Below are positions 29,778 through 40,503 of a DNA stretch of 64,000 nt, in pieces. Source of the DNA: a bacterium (GTDB lineage Bacteria > UBA8248). Made by a program: the position numbers and the translations under genes. The first letter of the stretch is position 1. Each line of letters opens with the position of its first letter. The notes beneath the pieces were generated by a model. It saw only the letters and a program-made list of their open reading frames with translations, ran no database searches and was not told the DNA's origin. Location of the stretch: assembly GCA_965204535.1 (NCBI GenBank), contig OZ241996.1, forward strand, positions 608,001-672,000, in the 5' to 3' direction.

Positions 29778-30907
29778 CAGTCGACGACCACCCAGTCCTC
29801 GCGCCCCAGGTCGCCCAGGGGTTCGTAGCCGTCCGCCGTCACCGCCACGGCGTCTTCCACCTTCACGTAGCCCACCTCGGGATGGCGGATGTCGGTCTCT
29901 ATCGACACCACCATGCCCTCTTCGAGCGCTCTCTCTACACCCGGGCCGAAATAGGGCTGCTCGTGCGAAACCATGCCGATGCCGTGGATGATGAAGTTTC
30001 CGTATTCCCCGTGCTCAGTGTTCTTGAGGTAGCTCCAGCCCTCCTCATAAATATCACCGCACACCGCGCCTGCGCGAATCTCGGCGCGCACGTGATCCTG
30101 CGTTCCGAGACAGGCCTTGTAGAGTTCGTCCGCAAGCGGCGTGGGCTCGCCCCGCACCCCCATCCGGCAGATGTCGGTCAGGTAGTCGGATTCCGAGCCG
30201 CCCGCGTCCAGATGGAGTACCTCGCCCTTTTCCCAGACTTTCCCGGACGGAGCGCGCAGCATGCCCGGCCCCGCGGCGGCGAAGACCCACAGGAAGTGGA
30301 GGCCCCTGTCCGTCATGCCCCGTTCCACGGCGTGGGCGACGTCGCGCGTCGTGGCGCCGGGCCTGGCCGTCTCGAAAGCGTCGCGAATGGCTTCCGCGTC
30401 CGCCAGGGAGATGCGGCGGTAGATTTCGATCTCCTCGGGCGTCTTGATGGCGCGAAGCTCCTCGAGAATCGGGAGCGCTTCGACGAAGGTCGCGTTCGGC
30501 AGTTCGCTCATGAGCGTATCCTTGGCGATGGCGGGCAGGAAGTTGCCCTCCACGGCGATGGCGCCGCTCCCGAGGCCGCGCTCCGAGATGGCTTGCGCGG
30601 CGTCTTTGGCGGCTTCGGCCGGATATCTGCCTGAGGGGATAAGCTCGGGTATCCAGAGGTTCTGGTCCTGCGCCTGGCCGCGCTCGCCGGTTCCGCCGAT
30701 CAGGAACGATTTTCCGGCGTCGCCGCGCGGGATGCCCGCCAGCGCCATGTACTGGCCGCGCCCCATGGACGTGAACCTCTCGTGAAAGTGATAGTAATAG
30801 CCGCCGCACAGGTAGCGCACGTTCTCGCGCGAGTTGGCCAGAACGAGGTCCACGCCGGCTTCGCTCATGAGGCGGTCCAGTTTTTCCCCGTCATAGGGTG
30901 GTTGCAT
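29777..30907 (-). CDS. M24 family hydrolase (tandem paralogue)
   Basis: LDAGG..TDICR, HGIGMVSHEQP; RBS GGAGG. Confidence 0.85.
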   Translation of the reverse strand: MQPPYDGEKLDRLMSEAGVDLVLANSRENVRYLCGGYYYHFHERFTSMGRGQYMALAGIPRGDAGKSFLIGGTGERGQAQDQNLWIPELIPSGRYPAEAAKDAAQAISERGLGSGAIAVEGNFLPAIAKDTLMSELPNATFVEALPILEELRAIKTPEEIEIYRRISLADAEAIRDAFETARPGATTRDVAHAVERGMTDRGLHFLWVFAAAGPGMLRAPSGKVWEKGEVLHLDAGGSESDYLTDICRMGVRGEPTPLADELYKACLGTQDHVRAEIRAGAVCGDIYEEGWSYLKNTEHGEYGNFIIHGIGMVSHEQPYFGPGVERALEEGMVVSIETDIRHPEVGYVKVEDAVAVTADGYEPLGDLGREDWVVVD

Positions 30908-31048
30908 GGAAAATCCTCCAATTTTCATTTGCCTGGAAATGTCTGAGATGATTGTTAGTAGCTTGTCTCATCCTCGCGCAGAAATCGGTGAGGGTCAAAC
31001 CGAAACCCCGTTGGTATAGAGCGCAGCCTCGACTGGCCCGCGGTGGCC

Positions 31049-32071
31049 TCAAGCGAGGAGGCCGAGCTCTTTTTTCTTCGCCTCCACGTCGATTCCGAAG
31101 AGCCTGGCCTGGTTCTCGCCGAGAATGTTTCGCTTGTCCTGTTCCGTGATGGGGGGGTAGCCGTATCGCTCCTGCAACTCCTCGTCGATCTCCATCTCCC
31201 AGAACCACTCGATCATGGGCTGGGGATTGCCCAGCAGGGGGGCTTCCGAGCCCCACAGGATTCGCTCCGAGCCTACGTCGCGCAAGAGCCTGCCCATGTA
31301 TTCCTTGAACTGCCAGGGCGCGATGAGGGGGAGGTGCATCGTGCCCGACAGGACGAGCACCACGTTCTCGAAGCGCGCCGCGATGTAGACGCATTCCTCG
31401 AAATAGGGGAGCGCCAGATGGTGGATGGCGAAGGTGAGGTCGGGGAAATCCATGGCCGCCTGCTGGATGTCGAGCGGCGTCAGGTCTTCCAGTCGCGCGC
31501 GGGTGATGGGAAAGCCCTTGTGGTACTGGAACACGTTGAGCCCCAGCTCGCGGCCTTTCTCGTATATCGGATAGGCGAGTTCGGGGTCGTCGCACCGCCA
31601 GGAATTTCTGTCGATGTGGGCGTTGTAGAACTTCACCGAGCGCGCGCCCATCTCCGTCACCTGGCGTTCGAGTTCCTCGAGCGCGCCCTCGACGCTCGGG
31701 TACTTGGGGTCCACTCCGCCGCAGAAGAGAACGCGCTCGGGATTCGCGCAGGCGAAATCGTATTGCGCCTGAACGGGGGAGAAGCCCTCCTTGTAGACGT
31801 CGTAGAGCACGACCGCCTGCGCCATTGCCATGTCGGTCTCGGAATCCTCAAAAACCAGCCTGCCGAGTTCATCGCAGGTCCATTTCCGGGCGAATCCGCC
31901 GATGGCGTCTCCGCCCGCGTAGACGTCCTCCTGGCCCGCGGGGCGCCTTCCCTTGCCGATCCGCAGGTGCCAGAGGCGATCGAGTCCGCTGTCCGGGCGG
32001 GCGAGGTTCTCGTCCGACAGGTCGTACATGTGAACCACGTTGTCGAAAACGAAGACGTCGCCGTTCAGCAT
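31049..32071 (-). CDS. Amidohydrolase_2 family protein
   Basis: DNVVH, HKG, HH, LWGSE. Confidence 0.85.
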   Translation of the reverse strand: MLNGDVFVFDNVVHMYDLSDENLARPDSGLDRLWHLRIGKGRRPAGQEDVYAGGDAIGGFARKWTCDELGRLVFEDSETDMAMAQAVVLYDVYKEGFSPVQAQYDFACANPERVLFCGGVDPKYPSVEGALEELERQVTEMGARSVKFYNAHIDRNSWRCDDPELAYPIYEKGRELGLNVFQYHKGFPITRARLEDLTPLDIQQAAMDFPDLTFAIHHLALPYFEECVYIAARFENVVLVLSGTMHLPLIAPWQFKEYMGRLLRDVGSERILWGSEAPLLGNPQPMIEWFWEMEIDEELQERYGYPPITEQDKRNILGENQARLFGIDVEAKKKELGLLA

Positions 32072-32296
32072 ATGAGCGTCCCTCTCGGGGTGGTTTTGCC
32101 GGATAATCGGGCTGATTCCAAGTCTAAAATATCGCAAAAATCACAAATAGGCCACGGGGTGAAACGGGGTCTGGTGAAAAAAGAGGAATTTCCGAAATGC
32201 GGTTGACCATGCGCGCATGAATCTATACATTGCCACCCGATTGGACGAATCAACCCTCTCGATTTCGAGATTTTTTGCTTTTGGGGGAGCAATTTG

Positions 32297-32974
32297 ATGG
32301 GCAGGTTCGTGAAAGTCCTGCAATCATCCATCGGCGCGAAAGTCGCCATGGCCGTCACCGGCATTCTTCTGGTCCTGTTCATCATCGCCCACATGCTCGG
32401 CAACCTCCTGATGTTCGCAGGTCCCGAGGCGACGAACGCCTATGCGAAGGGGTTGAAGGATCTCGGCGCATTGCTGTGGGTGGCGCGCATAGGGCTTCTT
32501 GTCGTGTTCCTGGTGCACATCGGTTCGGCCCTGCGCCTCTGGCGCATGAATCAGGCGGCCCGGCCGCAGGCCTACGCCGTCACCGAATCGACGATGGTCA
32601 CCTATGCGGGCCGCTCCATCGTGCTGACGGGCGCCCTGGTGCTGGCTTTCGCCGCCTACCATCTGCTTCATTTCACGCTGTTCGCCACGAACCCCGAATT
32701 CGCCCAGCTGCACGACGCGCAGGGACGTCATGACGTCTACCGGATGGTGGTTCTGGGATTCAGGAACACGGCGGTATCGGGCGTGTATCTGGTTTCGATG
32801 ATCCTGCTGGGGCTTCACCTGAGCCACGGCGTGACGAGCCTGTTCCAGTCGCTGGGGATCAACAATCCCTCTTACAACCCTTTGATCAAACGGCTGGGCC
32901 CCTGGAGCGGCGTGCTCGTTGCGGCCGGCTTCATGGCGATTCCGCTGGCCGTCTTGGCGGGCGTGTTGAAATAG
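32297..32974 (+). CDS. sdhC: Succinate dehydrogenase cytochrome b558 subunit
   Basis: MAVTG..HM.GN, heme-ligand His residues, 5 TM; operon context. Confidence 0.9.
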   Translation: MGRFVKVLQSSIGAKVAMAVTGILLVLFIIAHMLGNLLMFAGPEATNAYAKGLKDLGALLWVARIGLLVVFLVHIGSALRLWRMNQAARPQAYAVTESTMVTYAGRSIVLTGALVLAFAAYHLLHFTLFATNPEFAQLHDAQGRHDVYRMVVLGFRNTAVSGVYLVSMILLGLHLSHGVTSLFQSLGINNPSYNPLIKRLGPWSGVLVAAGFMAIPLAVLAGVLK

Positions 32975-32998
32975 TTCTCCCTTGGTGAGGAGAAGGGT

Positions 32999-34924
32999 AT
33001 GGATACGAACGGCAGCCTGAACGGAAACGTCCCCGCAGGCCCTCTGGCGGAGAAGTGGGACAATCACCGCTTCAACATGAAGCTCGTGAACCCGGCCAAC
33101 AGACGCCGCTACAAGATTATCGTGGTGGGTTCGGGGCTGGCCGGAGGAGGCGCTGCGGCCACGCTGGGCGAGTTGGGCTACAACGTGGATTGTTTCTGCT
33201 ATCAGGACAGCCCCCGCCGGGCGCACTCCATCGCGGCCCAGGGTGGAATCAACGCCGCCAAGAACTACCAGAACGACGGCGACAGCACCTACAGGCTCTT
33301 CTACGACACCATCAAGGGGGGCGATTTCCGCTCCCGCGAGTCGAACGTCTACCGCCTGGCGCAGGTGAGCGCCAACATCATCGACCAGTGCGTCGCCATG
33401 GGCGTGCCTTTCGCTCGGGAGTACGGCGGGCAGCTCGCGAACCGCTCCTTCGGCGGCGCGCAGGTGTCGAGAACCTTCTACGCCCGGGGCCAGACGGGCC
33501 AGCAGCTTCTCCTGGGCGTTTACGCGGCCCTGAGCCGCCAGGTTGCGGCCGGTACGGTGAAGATGCACTCGCGCACCGAGATGCTCGAAATCGTCCTGGT
33601 CGACGGGCAGGCCAAGGGGGTCGTCACGAGAAACCTCGTGACCGGAGAGATTGAAAAACACGCGGCGGACGTCGTCATCATGGCGACGGGCGGCTACGGG
33701 CCGGTGTTCTACCTCTCGACGAACGCGATGGGGAACAACGTCACCGCCTCGATACGCGCCTATATGAAGGGCGCTTATTTCGCGAACCCGTGCTACACGC
33801 AGATTCACCCCACCTGCATACCCGTTTCGGGGGATCACCAGTCGAAGCTCACGCTCATGTCCGAATCGCTGAGAAACGACGGGCGCATCTGGGTGCCGAC
33901 GAAAGAGGGCGACCCGCGCGGTCCCGCCGAAATACCCGAGGACGAGCGCGATTATTATCTCGAGCGCATGTACCCGAGCTTCGGGAACCTGGCCCCGAGG
34001 GACATCGCCTCGCGCGCGGCGAAAAGAGCGTGCGACGAGGGACGCGGCGTCGGCGATACGGGCCTGGGCGTCTATCTCGATTTCACGGACGCCATCAAGC
34101 GCCTCAGTCTGCCCGTGGTGCAGCAGCGCTACGGCAACCTCTTCGACATGTACGAGAAGATAACGGGCGAGAACGCCTACGAAGTGCCCATGCGCATCTA
34201 CCCGGCCATCCACTACACCATGGGCGGGCTGTGGGTCGACTACAACCTGATGAGCAACATCCCCGGCCTGTTCGTGCTGGGCGAGTCGAATTTCTCGGAT
34301 CACGGCGCGAACCGCCTGGGCGCGAGCGCCCTCATGCAGGGGCTGGCCGACGGCTATTTCGTCGCGCCCTACACGGTGGGGAATTACCTCGCGAGCCAGA
34401 CGCCGGGCGATTATTCCGCCGATTCTTCGGAATTTACGCAAGCCGCCGACGACGTGAAAGACAGGATCAAGCGCGTGCTCTCGATCGACGGCAAGCGCAC
34501 GGTGACTTCGTTCCACCGCGAACTGGGCCTCCTTTGCTGGGAGCATTGCGGAATGGCGCGCACCGATCAGAGCCTGAAGAAGGCGCTCGATCTGATTCCC
34601 GCGCTCAAAGAAGAGTTCTGGCAGAACGTCTCCGTGCCCGGAGGCGGCGACGAACTCAACCCCGAGCTCGAAAAGGCGCTGCGCGTGGCCGATTTCCTCG
34701 AATTCGCGGAACTCATGTGCTACGACGCGCTCCTGCGGGAGGAATCCTGCGGCGGACACTTCCGGGAGGAATACCAGACCGAAGAGGGCGAGGCCCTTCG
34801 CGACGATGAGCATTTCAGCCATGTGAGCGCATGGGAGGCGCCGCGCAACGGCGGGCGCCCGATACTGCACAAGGAAAATCTCGAATTCGAGGAAGTTGAA
34901 TTCAGCGTGAGGAGTTACAAGTAA
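32999..34924 (+). CDS. sdhA: Succinate dehydrogenase/fumarate reductase flavoprotein
   Basis: [27 protein letters not shown]. Confidence 0.96.
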   Translation: MDTNGSLNGNVPAGPLAEKWDNHRFNMKLVNPANRRRYKIIVVGSGLAGGGAAATLGELGYNVDCFCYQDSPRRAHSIAAQGGINAAKNYQNDGDSTYRLFYDTIKGGDFRSRESNVYRLAQVSANIIDQCVAMGVPFAREYGGQLANRSFGGAQVSRTFYARGQTGQQLLLGVYAALSRQVAAGTVKMHSRTEMLEIVLVDGQAKGVVTRNLVTGEIEKHAADVVIMATGGYGPVFYLSTNAMGNNVTASIRAYMKGAYFANPCYTQIHPTCIPVSGDHQSKLTLMSESLRNDGRIWVPTKEGDPRGPAEIPEDERDYYLERMYPSFGNLAPRDIASRAAKRACDEGRGVGDTGLGVYLDFTDAIKRLSLPVVQQRYGNLFDMYEKITGENAYEVPMRIYPAIHYTMGGLWVDYNLMSNIPGLFVLGESNFSDHGANRLGASALMQGLADGYFVAPYTVGNYLASQTPGDYSADSSEFTQAADDVKDRIKRVLSIDGKRTVTSFHRELGLLCWEHCGMARTDQSLKKALDLIPALKEEFWQNVSVPGGGDELNPELEKALRVADFLEFAELMCYDALLREESCGGHFREEYQTEEGEALRDDEHFSHVSAWEAPRNGGRPILHKENLEFEEVEFSVRSYK

Positions 34925-35670
34925 TGGACCTCACCCTCAGGGTTTGGCGGCAAAAGGATGCCCAGTCGACGGGAACGCTTGAGACCTACCAGATAAGCGG
35001 CATCATCCCCGACATGTCTTTCCTGGAAATGCTCGACGTGACGAACGAGCGTCTCATCGAGGAGGGCAAGGAACCCATCGCCTTCGATCACGATTGCCGC
35101 GAGGGCATCTGCGGCGCGTGCTCGCTCGTCATCAACGGAAGAGCGCACGGGGGATTCTCCGGAACCACCACCTGCCAGCTTCACATGAGAAAATTCAACG
35201 ACGGCGATACCATCACGGTCGAGCCCTGGCGGGCGAGCGCTTTCCCGGTATTGAAGGACCTGGTGGTGGATCGCACCTCGTTCGACCGTATCATCCAGGC
35301 GGGCGGGTTCATCTCGGCAAACACGGGCGGTGCGCCGGACGGCAACGCTGTCCCCATCCCCAAGCCCGACGCAGATGCGGCCATGGACGCGGCCGCCTGC
35401 ATCGGCTGCGGTGCCTGCGCGGCGTCGTGCCCGAACGGCTCGGCCATGCTCTTCGTGGCGGCGAAGGTCTCCCACCTGGCGCACCTGCCGCAAGGGATGC
35501 CCGAGCGCGGCCAGAGGGTGCTCAGCATGGTCGCCCAGATGGATGAAGAGGGCTTCGGCAACTGCACCAACCACGCCGAGTGCGAGGCCATGTGCCCCAA
35601 GGACATCAGCATCAGCCACATCGCCAAGATGAACCGCGAGTTCATCCGCGCGACCGTGAGAGGCGAATAA
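34924..35670 (+). CDS. sdhB: Succinate dehydrogenase iron-sulfur subunit
   Basis: [21 protein letters not shown]. Confidence 0.96.
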   Translation: MDLTLRVWRQKDAQSTGTLETYQISGIIPDMSFLEMLDVTNERLIEEGKEPIAFDHDCREGICGACSLVINGRAHGGFSGTTTCQLHMRKFNDGDTITVEPWRASAFPVLKDLVVDRTSFDRIIQAGGFISANTGGAPDGNAVPIPKPDADAAMDAAACIGCGACAASCPNGSAMLFVAAKVSHLAHLPQGMPERGQRVLSMVAQMDEEGFGNCTNHAECEAMCPKDISISHIAKMNREFIRATVRGE

Positions 35671-35696
35671 GCCTTACTTTTCAGTCGCTTATAATG

Positions 35697-35724
35697 AGGC
35701 TCCCCCGCGCGGGGAGCCTTTTTT
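35697..35724 (+). terminator. Rho-independent terminator of sdh operon
   Basis: AGGCTCCCC-loop-GGGGAGCCT followed by a T run. Confidence 0.85.
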
Positions 35725-36247
35725 GTTGGTTGTGGAAATACTAGAGTTCACCGAAAACGTCGGATCTAGCGCATGGTTTTAGGCACCGAGGCCATGCGGA
35801 GAGGAGACAGGCAAAGCATTCGTATCGTTTGACAATCAACCGGTTGTTGCTGGAAATTACCCCAAGATGTTGTTGATTATTGGGACTCATTTTTGGTGGT
35901 GGTTATGAGAAAGCTTGTTCGAAATGTGCAGAGCGACGGCGCGGACAAGGGCGTAGAGGCTCTGGTGCGTGCGGCTCAAGAGGGGATGTCCGAGCAAGAT
36001 AAGATAGAAAATCGGAATGACTATCTTGCTAAGGGATGTTCACACGATACAGTCAGCAAACTTTTTCCCGACTTGCCTCCGCTTCCATAGCTAGCCGTAC
36101 CTTCCGATTGTTCTCGCTTGTTCGACGAACGCGCCCCCGCCCCCCAAGTCGCACGCATCCCCCCGTTTTCAATCCCGGCGATATGTACTATGCTATGAGC
36201 ATTCGATAGGAACCTGTCCATCTATTCTCATGCAGAGGGGTGAAGCC

Positions 36248-36985
36248 ATGTGCGCACAACAAGTAGAGATTCTTGATCGCTCCGAGATGACGGATCAGTT
36301 GAAGGAAATGATATCGCTCGATCCCAAAGAAACCACCATCGTCACCATCGACATGCACCGGGGGCATCTCGACCCCGAAGTCGCCACCATGCCGGCGAGT
36401 GACGAGGATTGCGAGAGCGTCATCAGCGCGGCAGAGGAACTCCTCGGTTTCGCCAGAAGCCACGGAATTCCCGTCGTCCACGTGAAGCTCATCTTCCGGA
36501 AGATTCCCGGCCTCGGAAGCGAGGGCATGCGGGTCCACTTCTGGAAGGCGCTCCACGACATTCAGGACGAGAAGAACCGCCTCACCCTGGGGCGCAAGAG
36601 CACGGTGAACGACCACAACATCATGGGCGAGGTGACGACCGAGATGATTCCCTCTCTCGTGGAAGAGGGCGACTACGTCATCGACAACAAAAAGCGCCTC
36701 GACTGCTTCATGGGAACGGACCTCCAGATGCTCCTGGACTCGCTGGGCACGAAGAACGTCTGCCTCATGGGCATCAACACGAACACATGCGTTCTGAACA
36801 CGGCCTTCACCGCCTTCAACTACGACTACCGGGTGGTGATGCTCTCCGACTGCGTGAAGAGCATGTACGGGCCGGATCTGCACGTCTTCGGGATGCAGAA
36901 CGTCATGCGCTGCCTCGGCTGGGTGTTCGACAACGAGGAGTTCATGGATAAAGTCGCCGAGGGCGCCGAGGGCAAAAAGAGCTGA
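36248..36985 (+). CDS. Isochorismatase-like cysteine hydrolase
   Basis: IDM, K..DCF, GINTNTCV catalytic Cys. Confidence 0.88.
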   Translation: MCAQQVEILDRSEMTDQLKEMISLDPKETTIVTIDMHRGHLDPEVATMPASDEDCESVISAAEELLGFARSHGIPVVHVKLIFRKIPGLGSEGMRVHFWKALHDIQDEKNRLTLGRKSTVNDHNIMGEVTTEMIPSLVEEGDYVIDNKKRLDCFMGTDLQMLLDSLGTKNVCLMGINTNTCVLNTAFTAFNYDYRVVMLSDCVKSMYGPDLHVFGMQNVMRCLGWVFDNEEFMDKVAEGAEGKKS

Positions 36986-37095
36986 TTCCCCCGCGCTCGA
37001 AATAGAGCGTAATTCGATTTTCGCAGGCGGGCCGCAGCGGCCGCGCGATGGCCCAAGAGCGGCTTTTCGACTATTCACAGAAGAGGATTACCAAG

Positions 37096-37890
37096 ATGCC
37101 GAAAGTTCAGGTGGGTGATGTAGAGCTTTACTATGAGGATTACGGAGAGGGCGTTCCCGTCGTTCTCATCCATGGCCTCGCGGGCGATTGCAGCGCGTGG
37201 AAGGCGCAAATCGAGAGCCTGGAGAAGAACTACCGCGTGCTGGCCTTCGACAACCGCGGAGCGGGCAGGAGTTCCGCGCCCGATTATCCCTACACGTCGA
37301 GCCATTTCGCGGCCGACACCATCGGCCTGATGGACGCGGTGGGCATCACCGAGCCCGCGCACGTCATCGGACGCTCGATGGGGGGAGCCATCGCCCAGAT
37401 GATGGCGCTCGACTACCCCGACCGCGTGCGCAGCCTTCTCATCACCGCCTCTTTCGGCAAGCTGGACAGATACGGCTACCAGATCCTCTACAACATCAAC
37501 GAGGTGGTGAAGGCCCAGGGCTACGGACCGGCCGCGATGCACCAATCGCTCTTCTTCTTCCCGCCTCACTATTTCAACGAGAACAAGGAGCAACTCGACG
37601 CGTTCGAGGCGGGGCTCGGCAATACGGATCGCCCTATCCCCGGCTATGTGAATTCCACCCACGCCTGCCTGACGCACGACGCGCTCGACAGGCTCCACGA
37701 GGTGAAGTGCCCCACACTGGTGCTCGCGGGCGGGCAGGACGTGCTGTGCGCGGCGAGCGCCTCGCAGCAGATTGCCGACCGCGTGCCGGGTTGTGAGATC
37801 AAGATTTACGAGGAGGCGAGCCACTTCTTCCTCATCCAGTGCTTTGAGGAATCCTTGCACGACATCGAGGATTTTCTGGCGAGAAACTAA
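37096..37890 (+). CDS. Alpha/beta hydrolase (enol-lactonase/RutD-like)
   Basis: HGL, DNRGAG, GRSMGG, SHF. Confidence 0.88.
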   Translation: MPKVQVGDVELYYEDYGEGVPVVLIHGLAGDCSAWKAQIESLEKNYRVLAFDNRGAGRSSAPDYPYTSSHFAADTIGLMDAVGITEPAHVIGRSMGGAIAQMMALDYPDRVRSLLITASFGKLDRYGYQILYNINEVVKAQGYGPAAMHQSLFFFPPHYFNENKEQLDAFEAGLGNTDRPIPGYVNSTHACLTHDALDRLHEVKCPTLVLAGGQDVLCAASASQQIADRVPGCEIKIYEEASHFFLIQCFEESLHDIEDFLARN

Positions 37891-38008
37891 AACGAGCGGG
37901 GAGCGGGCGCAGTTTCCGCCCTCCTGATTTTCAGATCGCATCGCGGCGGGTCCGGCGGGCTCGCCGCGATGGTGGTTGTTGGGGGTGATTTTCGGGAGAT
38001 TTCTCTAC

Positions 38009-39202
38009 ATGGCTAAATTTACGGATCCCATCGAAGTCCGAGGGCAGCGCATCAAGCACCGCATCCTCATGTCCGCGATGACGACCTCGCGCGCAGAAGA
38101 GGACGGCGCGCCCTCCGCCTGGTCGCACGCGCACTACAAGGCCCGCGCCCGGGGAGGCGCCGCGGTTTGCTTCACCGAGGCGACCTACGTCAACCAGGAG
38201 GGGAAGGGCTTTCCCAACCAGTTGAGCACGCATGACGACGCGCACGTCCCCGCCCTTCGTGAGTTGATACGGGCGGTGGAAGACGCCGGCGCGCTGCTCG
38301 CGGTGCAGATTTATCACGCGGGCAGGACGGCGCTCAGCGCCATCACGGGCATGGAACCCGTGGGGCCTTCTCCCATCCCGCATCCCACCGAAGACGAGGT
38401 GCCGCGCGAGATGAGCGAGGCGGATGTCAAAACAGCGGTTCAGGCTTATGGCGACGCGGCGCGCAGGGTGCGCGAGGCGGGGGGAAAGATTCTCGAGATT
38501 CACGGGGCCACCTGGTATCTGTGCCAGCAGTTCTTCTCCCCGGCCTCGAACCAGCGGACGGACGGCTACGGCGGCGCGCTTGAGAACCGCATGCGCTTCC
38601 CGCTCGAAGTGGCGCAGGCCGTGCGCGAGGGCGGGGGAGACGAGATGGTGGTGAGCTACCGCCTGGGACTCCTCGAGCCCTTCGAGAACGGCTTCACGGT
38701 GGAGGACACGCTGGCTCTTGCGCCCGCGCTCGTGGAGGCGGGGGTCGACATCCTCCATTGCTCGCGAAACGCGCGCGTCGGGCTGCCCGTGATGCCCGAT
38801 TTGTACAACCCCGCTTTCGACAGGCTGCGCAAGGCGGTGGACGTACCCCTGGTCGCGAACGGGGCTGCCTTCGAGCCTGCGCGGATACAGGCGTATCTCG
38901 ACGGGGGCGCTGATTTCGTCGGTGTGGGGCGGGCCCTGCTCACGGATCCGGACTATGCGAACAAGGCGCTCGCCGGACGGGACGGGGAAGTCATCCGCTG
39001 CATCGAGTGCAAGCCGTGCGCCTTCATGGCGAACAGCAAGTGCCCCGACGAGGCCTATCCCTCGGGAATCCCCGAATCGATGGGCGAGGTGCTCGAAATC
39101 GCCGCCACGATGGCCGGCGGCGGCTACGCGCCCACGGCGAAAAAGCGTTTGACCACCGATGCGCCGATCGAAGAGCAACCCGAGGGTTCGTCTATCTCCT
39201 GA
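38009..39202 (+). CDS. NADH:flavin oxidoreductase (OYE family)
   Basis: QIYHAGR, EIHGA, NQRTDGYGG..ENRMRF, CIEC. Confidence 0.9.
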   Translation: MAKFTDPIEVRGQRIKHRILMSAMTTSRAEEDGAPSAWSHAHYKARARGGAAVCFTEATYVNQEGKGFPNQLSTHDDAHVPALRELIRAVEDAGALLAVQIYHAGRTALSAITGMEPVGPSPIPHPTEDEVPREMSEADVKTAVQAYGDAARRVREAGGKILEIHGATWYLCQQFFSPASNQRTDGYGGALENRMRFPLEVAQAVREGGGDEMVVSYRLGLLEPFENGFTVEDTLALAPALVEAGVDILHCSRNARVGLPVMPDLYNPAFDRLRKAVDVPLVANGAAFEPARIQAYLDGGADFVGVGRALLTDPDYANKALAGRDGEVIRCIECKPCAFMANSKCPDEAYPSGIPESMGEVLEIAATMAGGGYAPTAKKRLTTDAPIEEQPEGSSIS

Positions 39203-39322
39203 GTTTCACATTGCAAACTATTGATAACGAATGGTTTTGAAGGTTTTTGGGATTCGATGAGGAAGCGAAGCCCGAATGTGCCCGCCCAGTTTTTGTCTAA
39301 ACGGTTCGTAGGAAATGCAGGC

Positions 39323-39737
39323 GGAGTTGTTGAGAAAGTCCCAAGGGGGGACAGCATCCCAATTATCGAATTGTTCACCGTAGGGACAGGTCGCGACCTG
39401 TCCCTACAGAACCATCGCGCCCTGCGCAGCGCCATCCGATGAACTCGCTTTTCCTCTCCGACATGTTTGCCACCGCCGTCATTCCGGCGAAAGCCGGAAT
39501 CCATTTTCAAGCAGAATGACAATGCTCCAGCTTTCCATCTCCCCATTGTTGGCGGGAACCAATCAGAAAAGGAAAAACAAAGGCAAAACAAAATGGATTC
39601 CGGCTTTCGCCGGAATGACGAGCAAAGCCGCCCTGCTTCGCAGGAAAAGGTCGTAACGACGGACAACCACGGGGGGTTGTCCCTACGGTCCGTCACTCGT
39701 TAGGGTGTGTAGGGACAGGCCCCCGTGCCTGTCCTCT
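39323..39737. repeat. REP/MITE cluster between convergent genes
   Basis: GTTGTTGAGAAAGTCCC end motif, GTAG palindromes, CGTC doublet 39477-39620. Confidence 0.85.
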
Positions 39738-40500
39738 AAGTATCTCTGGGGTCATCCGCTCCCTCGCCTCGATCCCCGAAGAGCGACCCCTGAAGCTGTG
39801 GCGGCTCCTTCTCCTCTTCGCGTCTTTCGGTACACGCCGCATCGTCGTTCCTCGGGCTGTTCACCCGCTCGCTCACCGGATAATACGAAAAGGCGTCTGA
39901 GGGGTAGGGCTTGAGAAACGGCTGAAGAACCTTCGCGCGGTTCTCGCGCGGGTTCAGCCAGTCCGCATAGGACGCCTCGGGCAGGATGACGGGCATCCGG
40001 TGATGCAGTTCGGCCAGCTTCTCGTTCGCCTGAGTCGTCAGGATCGTGCAGGTCTCGAGAACGCTCCCGTCCGCCCCGGTCCAGCTCTCCCAAAGACCCG
40101 CGAACGCGAAGGGTTTTCCGTTTTCCAGATGAATGAAGAAGGGCTGTTTTTTTCTCCCGCTCCCCGCCCACTCGTAAAAGCCGTCCGCGGGGATGAGGCA
40201 CCTCCTGTAGCGGAATGCGGCGCGGAAGGCGGGTTTCTCGGCGGCCGTCTCTGAGCGCGCGTTTATCGTCCTGGCCCCGAAATCCGCGTCTTTCGCCCAG
40301 AAGGGCACCAGGCCCCAGCGGGCGAGGGCGAGTTCACTCTCATTCTTCCCTCCGGATTCTCGCGCTCGGACGATGGCGACCTCCGTCCCCGGCGAGACGT
40401 TGTAGCGGGGCGGAAGCTCGCCCACTTTTTCGGGGTTTTCCAGCCCCAGGATTTCCGCGAGCCAGGGTATGGGTTCGATAAGGGTGAAGCGTCCGCACAT
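39736..40500 (-). CDS. SOS response-associated peptidase (SRAP/YedK/HMCES)
   Basis: N-terminal MCGRF, INARSET, GFYEW, HHRMP. Confidence 0.95.
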   Translation of the reverse strand: MCGRFTLIEPIPWLAEILGLENPEKVGELPPRYNVSPGTEVAIVRARESGGKNESELALARWGLVPFWAKDADFGARTINARSETAAEKPAFRAAFRYRRCLIPADGFYEWAGSGRKKQPFFIHLENGKPFAFAGLWESWTGADGSVLETCTILTTQANEKLAELHHRMPVILPEASYADWLNPRENRAKVLQPFLKPYPSDAFSYYPVSERVNSPRNDDAACTERREEEKEPPQLQGSLFGDRGEGADDPRDT

Positions 40501-40503
40501 CGT

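Noticed and set aside
32324-34870. Long antisense ORFs (848 aa here; also 18185-20269 and 23689-25731)
   Set aside because: Shadow frames opposite well-supported genes in high-GC DNA
35893-36090. Small AT-richer ORF after the sdh terminator
   Set aside because: No motif or clear RBS; cannot be supported
39124-39914. ORFs over the repeat clusters (also 4733-5023, 6441-6671, 44043-44526)
   Set aside because: They are translations of palindromic repeats with no protein motifs
39736-40500. SRAP and the Y-family polymerase as one mutagenesis cassette
   Set aside because: They are more than 30 kb apart, and SRAP lies in a metabolic gene run
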